Source of the DNA: Azolla caroliniana
Lineage: Eukaryota; Plantae; Polypodiophyta
Length of the DNA stretch: 64,000 bases
Assembly (NCBI GenBank): GCA_043228905.1
Contig: JBHGNT010000004.1
Coordinates: 22,878,001 to 22,942,000 of the forward strand
Reading direction: 5' to 3'
The stretch's first letter is position 1. Each line of letters starts with the position of its first letter. This document shows, piece by piece, positions 36,801 to 48,291 of this stretch. The notes beneath the pieces are model-generated. The model was not told the DNA's origin, did not search any database, and was given only the letters and a program-made list of their open reading frames with translations. Made by a program: the position numbers and the translations under genes.

Positions 36801-39125
36801 ACAAAATGTGATGATATAAAAAAGGAAAACAGAAAATGCCAAAGTATGAAATGTTGGATGACTTGTCTAAAAACATGGAAGATGAGGATTCAGATATGTC
36901 ATTGGATGATTTTCTTGGTATAAGAGGATTGAAAATCCCTGGTATGGAAAAAGCATTGAAGGATGCAAATCAGAAACTGAGAAGATCAGATAGAGAGAAA
37001 AATTGATACATATATGGCTATGCATTATGCATATATGTCTAAGGTGGTACAGATCCCTGATCCAAGTAGTTTTGATGAGGCTAAAACTGAGAAGAAATGG
37101 GTGGATGCAATGCAAGAAGAGATTGATGCATTGGCTGAAAACAGAACATGGAATTTGGTGAAGTTACCAAAAGGAAAAAATGTGGTAGATTGCAAATGGG
37201 TCTACAAGACAAAGCATGATTCCAGTGGGAATGTAAGTAGACATAAAGCAAGATTGGTTGCAAAGGGATATGCCCAAATGCAAGGAATTGATTCTGATAA
37301 GATATTTGCACCGGCTGCAAAGATGGCAACATTGAGGACATTACTGGCTGTAGGTGCAGCCAGAAATTGGTTTCTTCATCATATGGATGTAAAAAAATGC
37401 TTTTTTACATGGTAACTTGGAAGAAGAAGTGTATATGTGTCAACCACCAGGTTTTGAAGATAGGACGCATCCAGATTATGTATGTAAGCTGAAAAAGGCT
37501 CTCTATGGACTGAAGTAGGCACCAAGAGCATGGCATAGAGAACTTTCAGATTATCTGAAAAAACTTGGCTTCAAAATGTCAAAGGCTGATTCATCATTGT
37601 ATGTTAAAAGGAAAGATGATTGTATTGTTGTGATTCTGATTTATGTTGATGATCTCATCATTGGAGGTGATTCCATGGATGAAATAAGTAAGTTGAAAAG
37701 AAATTTGGAAATGCAATTTCATATGAAAGATTTGGGAGATCTGAGATATCTTTTGGGTATTGAAATCATCAGATCTGAAAGTGGTATATATGTGTTGCAA
37801 AGACAATATGCAACAACTATGTTGAAAAAGTATGGTATGCTTGGATGCAAACCTATTGGAGTACCACTAGATAAAAACTGCAAATTGAGGGCTGATTTGG
37901 GAGCCAAAATAGAAGATGTAAACATGTACAGATCTATGGTGGGCAACCTTATTTATTTGACCATAACAAGACCTGATTTGAGTTATGCAGTTGGATTAGT
38001 CAGCCAATTTATGCAACAGCCAACAAAGCCGCATTTGGACTGCATTAGAAGAATTCTGAGGTATGTAAAACCTACTCAGAACTATGGATTGTTTACAGGG
38101 CTGATTTGGACATAAATCTGGAAGGATATACAGATGCTGATTGGGCTGAAAGCCAAACAGATAGAAGATCCACAAGTGGATATATGTTTACATTGGGAAG
38201 TGCAGGTATTTCATGGAGTAGCAAGAAACAAGCTACTGTTGCATTGTCTAGTACTGAAGCTGAGTACAGAGGAGCCACCATAGCCACTTGTGAAGAGGTA
38301 TGGATCAGAAGATTGTTTGTTGATTTGGGAAAGTATATAGATGGTACTGTCACAATCTGGTGTGAAAATATGAGCAGCATTCAACTTGCAAAAAACCCAA
38401 TGTTCCATTCAAGAACAAAGCAGATTGAAGTGCATTATCACTTTGTTAGAGAGAAAGTGATTGAAGGAGAAGTTGATCTGGTGTATGTGAATACAAATCA
38501 GCAGGTTGCTGATATTCTCACAAAGGGATTGAGTGTGGAAAAGCATACACAGTTTCAAAACATGATGGGAGTTGTAGACACTGATATGATGGCTGAAAAG
38601 CATCATGGAAAAGAAGTTGTAGATAACCCCAAGAAAGGATAAGTTGAGCTTGAGGGGGAGTGTTGAGAAGCAAGCTCAACATGGTATGTGATGCTTATTG
38701 GGAAATAAGCTATAGTAGCTATTTAGCTACTTGTGAACATAAAGGAGAAACAGCTAATTAGCTACTGACAGCTATTTAGCGACTGACAACTAATTAGCTA
38801 TAGGCAGCTAATTAGTTGCATATGTAAGTAACTTATTACTTAGGTAAAAAGTAAGAGAGTAGGTAAGTAAGAAATATACAGGAAGTAGAACTCTGAGAAA
38901 GAGAGTGGGATAGAGAGGAAGAACTCAAAGAGTGAGAGTAGAAGAGAAAAATATACAAGAGCAAGTAGAGCTCTGCGTGTAATGAAATAGAAGAAGTTTT
39001 GGCTCCTACAGAGGTAAGTCTCCTTCCCCCTTCCCTTCTGTTGTTGAGCACCAAACGATCCAGCACACCACGATCTGCCGCGCACATCAGAAGAGCCCGA
39101 GTGCCTTCTTCACGTTTTCTTAACA
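33812..39125 (+). mobile_element. Full-length AT-rich Ty1/copia element P inserted in G RT
   Basis: LTRs at 33812-34296 and 38661-39125, TSD ATCAT, PBS at 34297-34308, PPT GAGGGGGAG. LTR lengths differ by 20 bp within an AGCTAATTAGCTACTGAC-type repeat. Confidence 0.96.
34423..38642 (+). pseudogene. P gag-pol pseudogene
   Basis: WYVDSGAS, HTDVWG, SDGGGEY, LIYVDDL, TDADWA; multiple stops and frameshifts. Confidence 0.92.
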
Positions 39126-39704
39126 ATCATCGGGTCTACACACCCGATCTCCCCCGGTGCGAATGTGAAGGCCCTCCCATGCCTTCCGAGCATTCTTCGA
39201 AACCGGTCCTCCTCCACCGGCAGTAGGAAGCCACCCCCATCGACCTTGAGCTCCCGTAGCATTATGTCAGTGAACTTGTGTCCTATGCTGGACGGATTCT
39301 GTAAACTTGGGTCCGACGCGACCCCCTTTCTCCGCTCCCCATTGTCCTCTGGCAAAGGAGCCGCGACTGGCCTCCCCTTCCGGTCCACAACCTTGTATTT
39401 TGTGTCTACGCAGGCCATCCGATCCGACTTGACCCTTTCCCCGAAGTTGGCAATGACTTCGTACATCTCCACTGAGTTGACCGGAATCATTAGTCTTCAC
39501 TAAGGCCTTCATCGATCACCTTTCCCATTTCCCCCAAGGTGTCGTCAAAAGAGACCGCCTCCACGGCACTGCTGATTTCTTCGTCGGGGTAGAGGACTCC
39601 GCATTCTCTGAAATGTTCCTCTGCCCTCTTCTTCTCTCGGCTATCGACGTCGGCTATTATACAACCTCCATTGTCAGAGACCCAAAACTTCCTACCTATA
39701 GTAC

Positions 39705-39774
39705 ACTTGTGGTGTTCTGTTGGAGTGTCCGGTCTATCACGGCCCCACGACTTGATAGCCCTCTCTAAAAATCC
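39705..39774 (-). promoter_or_regulatory. Predicted -1 frameshift signal (G)
   Basis: Minus strand reads GGATTTT TAGAGA GGGCTATCA..GTGGGG..TGATAGACC..CACCAC; slightly decayed. Confidence 0.7.
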
Positions 39775-42721
39775 CCTCGGCTGTCGCCGCGGAGGGTCTC
39801 TCGGTTACGCCTATGGTTCGGTTGCACTGTCAGAAATTGGATGGAGTGTCGTTCATCTTGGCTTTTCACGCGTGCGTATGTCGAACCGTTATCCAGCACC
39901 TTTGTCTCCATGTGTGCCACCGTAATGTACGGTTCGTCGAGTATCACCGGGTGTGAGGATGTCTCCTACACGAAGAAGTGTTGATCAATCTCGACATTGC
40001 CGATTTTCACGCGTACATTCGGGCAGGCCTCATGCAGCTCCTCCGTGGCGCAGGTTGCTGCGCGTATCTTCCACCAGTGGTTGGTGTTGATCGGCCACTT
40101 CCCTTTTTTATAAAAGTCCATAGACATCAGGTTGATCTTCAACCCGTGGTTGATCAGCGCCACTACCAGCGTGGCTCTCCGCCAACTCGTCTTCCAAGGC
40201 CACATCCTCCAGGCGCGTCGTTCGCACCTCCACCGGCTTCTCCGGCTCCGGCTCTGTCGAGAGTTGTTTCTGCTTCACAAAGTCTACGATGGAATTGTAG
40301 AACTCCTTTTTGGTGATACCGAGCACCTCCCTTAGTGACAACTCCACCTTGTTCTCGAGAATCCGCTCCTCGAGGACCTTCCGCAGCTCCGTCGTCCTTT
40401 TGATTTCGATGCCCAATCGGTAACCAGTTGGCCTTACTTTATTTGCCATGTCGGAATTGCCGGCTTCATTCCTCTTTGGCCCGAACTAGGTCTCGTACCA
40501 ATTTGGGGCAGTGGTCCCACTGGCCTTCCCTGGCTTCTTATCATCCACCAGAACTTCATAGTTCTGGCACGCGGCTTCCATGAAGTCGGTCTTCTCCTCT
40601 ACCGGGTCGTCCCACCCGGTGACCTCCCGAACCCGCTGCTCCGTGCGGTCCGCTTCTTCCCTCTTCAGTCGTGCGCCGGAGAGGCCTTCTATCACCAAGG
40701 GCCAAAAGCCAAAGTCTTTCGTTTTCCGGTCCTCATTACCTCCTACCCGGATTCCGGCCGATGCTGAATAATGGACGGCCTCTGCATGGCGCGCTTCCGC
40801 TTCTTCCATTAGCCGCTTCATCCCGCCACGCCCGAAATTTGTCTCCACGGCTCTCTGGGTATCACCAGCGTGCACCTATCCATTCCACAGGTACACCACA
40901 TTACCCCTGAGGACCGCAGCAAACTCCACGCAGTCTCGCCGGTTGCGTCTGACCGCATCGCACCACATACATCCTTGGCCAACCGGTGGCCTCCGATCGC
41001 GTGGCTGCCCTCCACTATCTCTTCGGGCCTACGTGATCTGTAGGTCGCATGCCATTAGTGTCAACTCCTCAAAAGCCGCTCCTCCGGATGGACCCTTAAC
41101 CACACCAGTGGAGGTCGAGCCCGTCTCGAGCCAATCCCGGGTTTCCTTCTTTCGTGTTGGCGAAGGCTCATTGAACTTCCTTGCCGGGACAAGTCTCACC
41201 GCCGCCGATCCCTCGTCGCCCCACTCACGCCGTTTGGCAAAATGGCCATAGACTCTCTTCACCGCGGCCTAGTCGGCTGTCAGCTCGTCATCCGTCTCCA
41301 GCAGGAGACCCACCTGATCTCTATCCCACGCGTCCACGGCTTTGACAAACAACAAGACACGCCTTTGTCCAGTGCCAAGAGCCGCACAAAGCGTTCTTCA
41401 AACTCTCGAAGAAGCCCCGACGCATTCCTCCCCTTTCCAGGGGTCTCCACCCAATCCATGAAATCTCGCTTCGATAGCTGAAGCACGTCATTGAGCCCGT
41501 ACCTTTCGAGGAGCTGCCCCTTGAACTCTTCCTAGGTCCGGCATCCGGCCTGCACCTCAAATACCTCCGCGTGAATGCCCAGTGAATCCGGCCAGCCGCC
41601 TGTCTTTCGGAATGTACCTCATCACCATCTCGGCTCGGTAGGACACTAAATAGCTCGTGGCGTTCTTCCCACCGAGCCGGCCTATTCTGCCAACAATTGC
41701 TTCAATGGCCCTGTCGAGGGTGCCAGTGCCCTCACGAGCACTTACTATCCGATCGACTGTTGCCGCCATGGCTTCTGTGAGCTCCGATCCCCTCATCTTC
41801 GACTCCTCTGCCGCCTTGTTTCACGTCGGGTTCACCAAATATGTCGTTTTGTTTCACTTTCGCGTTGGAAATAAGGCGGGACCGCGAGGGCCCTGAACCG
41901 AGGAGCAGGAGAGAGAAGAAGGCGGAACGGGAGAAGAGCGCAAGCGTAGGCCAGTTAGGCCCGTTGCCATAGACAACGTCTGCCGGCCGAAAGAACCACT
42001 AACACGTAACTGAACAAGATGCACACTCGCGTAAGAGATAGACTCACAGAAACACAGAGAGAGGGAAAACAAAAGATTTGATTCCTATAACAATAAAGGT
42101 TACACTATTTGCAAGATTACAGCCGGATAGCCGATGATAGGCCCAACCCAGACAATCACACACCCAAATAGTAGAGCCTTTGCCAGAAGCACACGGCTTT
42201 CCTCGAAGCAGAGGCAACCAATTCAGAAAGCCTCCAGAAAACCACGATAGAGGGGGAGAGAGCTCAGTTCCCAGTCCGACAACACCTCGTTCTTCCCAAA
42301 AATGCAATACCTGGTTTGGTGTCCTCTCCTACCTTTTATAGGCCGTCGGAGAGAAGCCGTTACATCCTGGTCACATCACCCTTATTCCTTGCCCCTTCGG
42401 ACAGGGATACACATCAATTTCCTGGCTAATGAATGTGTACTACCTAGTATATTCACATCAGCCAAACTATTCCTAGTTATGTACAAAGTGTTGGTTTGTG
42501 CACACACGCATAAGGGCCGGTTCCTGCCCCCCCTTTCCCCAATTCCGCCTAAGGCTGGTTTTCTTCACAACTACGGGAATATCAACCTAAAACAAGTGAC
42601 CCTCGTTGAGTGTGACGTGCAAAGGATACAATGAGTGTATCTTCGGTCCTTGAGCAAGCAAGAGGTTCCCTTTGTGGAGCGTCCGCCCTCCTGATGAGAA
42701 GCCACCACAGATGCCGTCTTC

Positions 42722-42803
42722 ATCCAATTGTCAGACTAAGATCAGTGGTCGTGAGATCCAATTGTCAGACTAAGATCAGTGGTCGTGAGATCCAATTGTC
42801 AGA
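42722..42803. repeat. 34 bp tandem duplication (2.4 copies) in J coding sequence
   Basis: ATCCAATTGTCAGACTAAGATCAGTGGTCGTGAG repeated. Confidence 0.85.
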
Positions 42804-42974
42804 TTGATATTGCGGAGTACTAATGTAGAGCCACCCACAAGGTTGAGCTCTACTGTGCTGATTCCAATTATGTCGCAATGTTGCGAATCTCCTACCCGAA
42901 CTGAGTCGGAATATTGGGCCTGTATTACCGAAATTGGGATCGATGAGGAGTCACATGAAAGGACGCATCCGAAT

Positions 42975-45900
42975 TGTTGGGATTACGGTCCCTTCTCATG
43001 GAATGGTCGGATACCGGAGATGGATGCCGACAAGCCCGGTTTCGGTTTCGGATCCGGATGACGAAGACCCCGGTTTCGGTACCGGATGACGAATGTACCC
43101 GGAGAGCGATCCGGATGCAGGGACATATCCGTGAATATGTTCGCTATGGGCCTCTGAGGCTACAGTTGTAAATAGCCAAAAGTCATATAAGTATAAATAT
43201 GACTTAGGGCAAACGTTTTTGTTGTTGCTTCTCATTTTTCTGTTTTTCCACTTTAGAGGAGTGAAGAGAGAGCAGCCGTGAGAGCGCGAGAGAGAAAGAG
43301 GTAGACGCCTCTGTGTATTTCCGCCGCCTGTGGCGAGGACAGCGAGCTCAAGGTCGTCGCCTTGGAGCTCGTCATTGTATACTTCTCTGTATAGTGTTGT
43401 TTGGAGTCTTGTACTCCCGTGGTTTTTCCCCGTTTAGGGTTTTCCACGTTAATCCTTGTGTACTCGCGTTTCTTCGTTTTGTTTCTACGTGTGTTTCCTA
43501 TTTTCTGCTCCATTGATCCGCGATTAATCGGTTGTGGCCGAGATAAGAAGGTGAATCCAATCGTCGATTCCTTACAAACTGGTATCAGAGCGACTGTTGC
43601 AGAAAATGGAAGGCGGCGGCAGCGGGCAGCCGATGATGATGGTGCTGAATGCACAGAATTACGCCGACTGGAAGATCAAGATGGAGGATCTTCTGATCGT
43701 TCGGGACCTGTACGAACCGATTGACAGGTCGGAAATACCGAAGGGGGTACTTGAGTCGGAGTGGAAGCTCCTGAACCGGAAAGCCGTAGCGACGATCCGA
43801 CAATATGTCGATGTAAGCGTCCTACAACATGTGGCGAACGACACCAACGCATACGAGATGTGGAAGAAGCTGTCTGGCCTCTATGAGAGGAAGAATGCGT
43901 TGAACCGGACCTCCCTGATGAGGAAGATTGTGAATCTCAAGTATCGGGACGGCGAGAGTATGGTGGAACACGTAAGCACGTTCATGGGATTCGTGAACCA
44001 GCTTGCGGCGATCAAGTTCCCGTTGGAGGATGCAATGCAAGCCATCATCCTGATGTGTACATTGCCGGAAAGCTGGGAGAACTTGGTGGTGACTCTCAGC
44101 ACCTCGTGCACCGAAGACAACTTGTCCTTACAAACTGTAAAGACAAGTATTCTGAATGAAGAAGCGCGTCGGAGAGATAAGGAACCGGTCTCCGACCCGA
44201 AGATGCTGTTTACCGAATCGGATCGGGGAAGACAATGGAACCGGAGTCCGCAAAGACGGGAGAAGTCGGGGACCCGGTCGCAGTCAAGAGGAAGGCCCAC
44301 ATGCTTCCACTGTGGGAAGCCGGGGCACTTCCGAAAGAATTGTCGGCATTACCGAAAAGACAACGGAGCCGACGACACCGATTTGAAGAAGTCACCAGAG
44401 AGAAACGGTGCATACCGGGGAGCCACGGACCGGAGAGGTTCGGATCGGCGAGGGCAAGACCGGAAAGGAACAACGGCACTCGCGGCAAGTGAGGAAGAAA
44501 TCATGCTCATCACCGAAGAAGGTGAGCTAAACGTTGCCGGCGATGAGACGACCTGGGTGGTCGATTCCGGAGCATCGTTCCACCTGACCCCGGAGAGAAG
44601 ATACTTCTCATCCTACACAGCCGGCGAGCATGGCTGTGTTCGGATGGGAAATGAAGGTACGTGCCGGATTGCCGGCATAGGAGACGTGTGGTTGACAACC
44701 CCGACCGGATGCAAAATGCTGCTGAAAGATGTCCGACACGTTCCGGAGGTTCGATTGAACCTGATTTCGGCCGGGAGGCTAGATGATGAAGGCTACACGG
44801 GTAGCATCCGGAACGGTGTCATGAAGTTCAGCAAGGGGAGCTTGATAGTGGTTCGGGCCCGGAAGGTCAACACACTGTACCTGATGAATGCCCGGTTATG
44901 TCCGGAAGAGCTGAATGTGGCAGCCGACACTGCCGGTGAGCTGTGGCACAAAAGACTGTGCCACATGAGTGAGAAGGGGATGAAGAGGCTTGCAGAAGAC
45001 AACCTTATTCCAGTGAAGCACGTGCACCTGGAGAAGTGCACCGATTGCCTGGCCGGTAAGCAGAACCGAACCTCCTTCCACTCAAGGCCACCGACGAGAC
45101 GTAGCGCACCATTGGAGTTGGTGCACACGGATGTGTGTCAGGTAGAAACGAAGTCACATGGCGGAGCCCAGTACTTCGTGACTTTCATTGATGATCACAG
45201 CCGGAAGCTGTGGACGGCGCCGTTGAAGACAAAGGACCAAGTGTTGTCCGTCTTCAAAGAACTCCACGCGAGAGTGGAAAGGGAATCCGGCAAGAAGCTG
45301 AAAGCGATACGATCGGATAACGGAGGGGAATACCGGGGGCAGTTCCAGGAGTACTGTCGCTCGAAGGGAATCCGGCTCGAGTTTACTGTGCCGAAGACGC
45401 CGGAACTGAACGGGCTGGCCGAGAGGATGAACCGGACCATAATGGAGAGGGTCCGGAGTATGCTGGCACATGCGAAACTACCCAAGGGATTTTGGGCTGA
45501 GGCAATGTCGACGGCGACGTATGTGATAAATAGATCACCCTCAGTACCTTTGGACGGAGACACGCCGCAGAAAGTATGGACCGGTAAGGAAGTGTCCTAC
45601 CGGCATCTGAAGGTGTTCGGGTGTCTCGCATACGTGCATGTGGCAAAGGACCGGAGAGGAAAGCTAGATCCGAAGACCCGGCCATGCATATTCCTCGGTT
45701 ACGGCGACGACGAGTTCGGCTACCGAGTATGGGACCCGGTCGACAAGAAGATATTCAGGAGTCGAGATATCATCTTCATGGAGGACAAGACACTCGCCGA
45801 CTGGGAGTCGGAGAAGAAGATGAAGAGCTCTAAGTCGACCGGTGAGGATCAACTCTACGAGGAGCAGTCCCGACCGGCAAGGGACCGGTTAGCACTCGAG

Positions 45901-48291
45901 GATCCGGCCGAAGACGGTGAAGACACAGAACCGGCCGAAGAAGATGAAAATGATGCCGGAACCGGCCCCGATCCCGAAATGGTCTCGGATGAAGAAGAAT
46001 CGGAAGAACCGGTTACCGAAGCTCCGGAACGGAGATATCCTCTAAGAGAGAGAAGGGCCCCCCGGAGATTTCCGGAACCAGAGCACGTGCTGCTAACCGA
46101 CGAGGGGGAGCCGGAGAGCTTTGAAGAAGCAAAGCACGACACCCAGAGCCGCAGGTGGTTGAGTGCCATGCAGGACGAGATGGATTCCCTGCATGAGAAC
46201 CACACATATGAACTTGTGGAGTTGCCGAAAGGAAAGCGGGCACTTCGAAACAAGTGGGTGTTCAAGCTGAAACCGGGAGATGCCGGAAATCCCCCGAGAT
46301 ACAAAGCCAGGATCGTGGTAAAGGGGTTTCAGCAGAAGAAGGGCGTCGACTTCGACGAGATATTCGCCCCGGTAGTGAAGATGACCTCCATCCGGACGGT
46401 GCTGAGCATAGCGGCAAGCATGGACCTCGAGGTAGAACAGATGGACGTGAAGACGGCATTCCTTCACGGCGACCTCGATGAAGAGATCTACATGCAGCAA
46501 CCAGAAGGATTCGAGAAGAAAGGGAAGGAGCACCTGGTATGCCGGTTGAAGAAGAGCCTTTACGGACTGAAGCAGGCTCCCCGGCAATGGTACCGGAAGT
46601 TCGACTCCTTCATGACCGACGAAGGGTACCTCAAAACGCAGTCCGACCACTGCGTGTTTGTGAAGAAGTTCGAAGGAGGAGACTCTCTAATACTCCTCCT
46701 GTACGTGGACGACATGTTGATCGTCGGACAGGACCAGGTCAAGATACGGATGCTGAAGAAGGCTCTTCACCGAACCTTCTCAATGAAGAACCTGGGTCCG
46801 GCGAGGCAGATACTAGGGATGCACATCATCCGGGACCGGAAGAAGAAGCAGTTGTGGCTGTCACAGGAGAAGTACGTGACGAAGGTGCTTCACCGGTTCA
46901 ACATGTCGGAATCAAGACCGGTCGGATCGACCCTCCCGGCAAACTGCAAGCTGTCCAGCGAGCAAAGTCCCAAGACAAAGGCTGAAAAGGAGGATATGAT
47001 GAAAGTGCCGTATGCCTCAGCCGTCGGGAGCTTGATGTACGCCATGGTGTGTACGAGACCGGACATAGGATATGCAGTCGGAGTGGTAAGCCGGTACATG
47101 AGCAATCCCGGCAGAGAGCATTGGAACGCGGCCAAGTGGATACTCCGATACCTGAAGGGCACGGCAAACGTGTGCCTCCGATTCGGCTCCGGTAAGCCCG
47201 AACTCGACGGCTTCACCGATTCGGATATGTCGGCTGATGCAGATACCAGCCGGTCCACATCAGGGTATGTGATGACGTATGCAGGGGGAGCTGTTTCATG
47301 GCAGTCGAGGCTGCAGAAGACGGTTGCGTTGTCAACCACGGAGGCGGAGTACATGGCGGCTGTTGAAGCCGGCAAGGAAATAATATGGATGAAGGACTTC
47401 ATTAGAGAGCTCGGTATCCGACAGGAGGAGCACCGACTCTACTGCGACAGTCAGAGTGCAATCCACCTTGCAAAGAACGCGGCCTATCACTCCCGGACAA
47501 AGCACATCCAGCGAAGATATCACTGGATCCGGGAAAGGATAGAAGACAAGGAGTTCGTGCTGACGAAGATCCACACGGACGAGAACGGGTCGGATATGCT
47601 GACCAAGGTACTTACACCCGACAAGCTGGAAGCATGCCGGAAGAGGATCGGATTGGAGCGACATCCCATGCAGAAGTGAAGGGGGAGTTTGTTGGGATTA
47701 CGGTCCCTTCTCATGGAATGGTCGGATACCGGAGATGGATGCCGACAAGCCCGGTTTCGGTTTCGGATCCGGATGACGAAGACCCCGGTTTCGGTACCGG
47801 ATGACGAATGTACCCGGAGAGCGATCCGGATGCAGGGACATATCCGTGAATATGTTCGCTATGGGCCTCTGAGGCTACAGTTGTAAATAGCCCAAAGTCA
47901 TATAAGTATAAATATGACTTAGGGCAAACGTTTTTGTTGTTGCTTCTCATTTTTCTGTTTTTCCACTTTAGAGGAGTGAAGAGAGAGCAGCCGTGAGAGC
48001 GCGAGAGAGAAAGAGGTAGACGCCTCTGTGTATTTCCGCCGCCTGTGGCGAGGACAGCGAGCTCAAGGTCGTCGCCTTGGAGCTCGTCATTGTATACTTC
48101 TCTGTATAGTGTTGTTTGGAGTCTTGTACTCCCGTGGTTTTTCCCCGTTTAGGGTTTTCCACGTTAATCCTTGTGTACTCGCGTTTCTTCGTTTTGTTTC
48201 TACGTGTGTTTCCTATTTTCTGCTCCATTGATCCGCGATTAATCGGTTGTGGCCGAGATAAGAAGGTGAATCCAATCGTCGATTCCTTACA
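42975..48291 (+). mobile_element. Intact, very young Ty1/copia (Tnt1/Tork-like) element Q
   Basis: 602 bp LTRs (42975-43576, 47690-48291) in which I see only one substitution; TSD CGAAT; PBS at 43580-43592; PPT AAGGGGGAG. Confidence 0.98.
43597..47679 (+). CDS. Copia Gag-Pol polyprotein, uninterrupted (first ATG 43606)
   Basis: 1360-codon ORF with CCHC knuckle, DSGA, HHCC, DDE, GKLDPK, YVDD and RNase H motifs all intact. Confidence 0.97.
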   Translation: MQKMEGGGSGQPMMMVLNAQNYADWKIKMEDLLIVRDLYEPIDRSEIPKGVLESEWKLLNRKAVATIRQYVDVSVLQHVANDTNAYEMWKKLSGLYERKNALNRTSLMRKIVNLKYRDGESMVEHVSTFMGFVNQLAAIKFPLEDAMQAIILMCTLPESWENLVVTLSTSCTEDNLSLQTVKTSILNEEARRRDKEPVSDPKMLFTESDRGRQWNRSPQRREKSGTRSQSRGRPTCFHCGKPGHFRKNCRHYRKDNGADDTDLKKSPERNGAYRGATDRRGSDRRGQDRKGTTALAASEEEIMLITEEGELNVAGDETTWVVDSGASFHLTPERRYFSSYTAGEHGCVRMGNEGTCRIAGIGDVWLTTPTGCKMLLKDVRHVPEVRLNLISAGRLDDEGYTGSIRNGVMKFSKGSLIVVRARKVNTLYLMNARLCPEELNVAADTAGELWHKRLCHMSEKGMKRLAEDNLIPVKHVHLEKCTDCLAGKQNRTSFHSRPPTRRSAPLELVHTDVCQVETKSHGGAQYFVTFIDDHSRKLWTAPLKTKDQVLSVFKELHARVERESGKKLKAIRSDNGGEYRGQFQEYCRSKGIRLEFTVPKTPELNGLAERMNRTIMERVRSMLAHAKLPKGFWAEAMSTATYVINRSPSVPLDGDTPQKVWTGKEVSYRHLKVFGCLAYVHVAKDRRGKLDPKTRPCIFLGYGDDEFGYRVWDPVDKKIFRSRDIIFMEDKTLADWESEKKMKSSKSTGEDQLYEEQSRPARDRLALEDPAEDGEDTEPAEEDENDAGTGPDPEMVSDEEESEEPVTEAPERRYPLRERRAPRRFPEPEHVLLTDEGEPESFEEAKHDTQSRRWLSAMQDEMDSLHENHTYELVELPKGKRALRNKWVFKLKPGDAGNPPRYKARIVVKGFQQKKGVDFDEIFAPVVKMTSIRTVLSIAASMDLEVEQMDVKTAFLHGDLDEEIYMQQPEGFEKKGKEHLVCRLKKSLYGLKQAPRQWYRKFDSFMTDEGYLKTQSDHCVFVKKFEGGDSLILLLYVDDMLIVGQDQVKIRMLKKALHRTFSMKNLGPARQILGMHIIRDRKKKQLWLSQEKYVTKVLHRFNMSESRPVGSTLPANCKLSSEQSPKTKAEKEDMMKVPYASAVGSLMYAMVCTRPDIGYAVGVVSRYMSNPGREHWNAAKWILRYLKGTANVCLRFGSGKPELDGFTDSDMSADADTSRSTSGYVMTYAGGAVSWQSRLQKTVALSTTEAEYMAAVEAGKEIIWMKDFIRELGIRQEEHRLYCDSQSAIHLAKNAAYHSRTKHIQRRYHWIRERIEDKEFVLTKIHTDENGSDMLTKVLTPDKLEACRKRIGLERHPMQK

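Larger units (their letters stand above)
30226..42572 (-). mobile_element. Full-length degenerate Ty3/gypsy element G (related to F, different LTR), split by P
   Basis: LTRs at 30226-30956 and 41842-42572, 4-bp TSD ACGG, Trp PBS at 41820-41837, PFLDDIPIKG RT motif, INT at 31031-32250. Confidence 0.94.
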
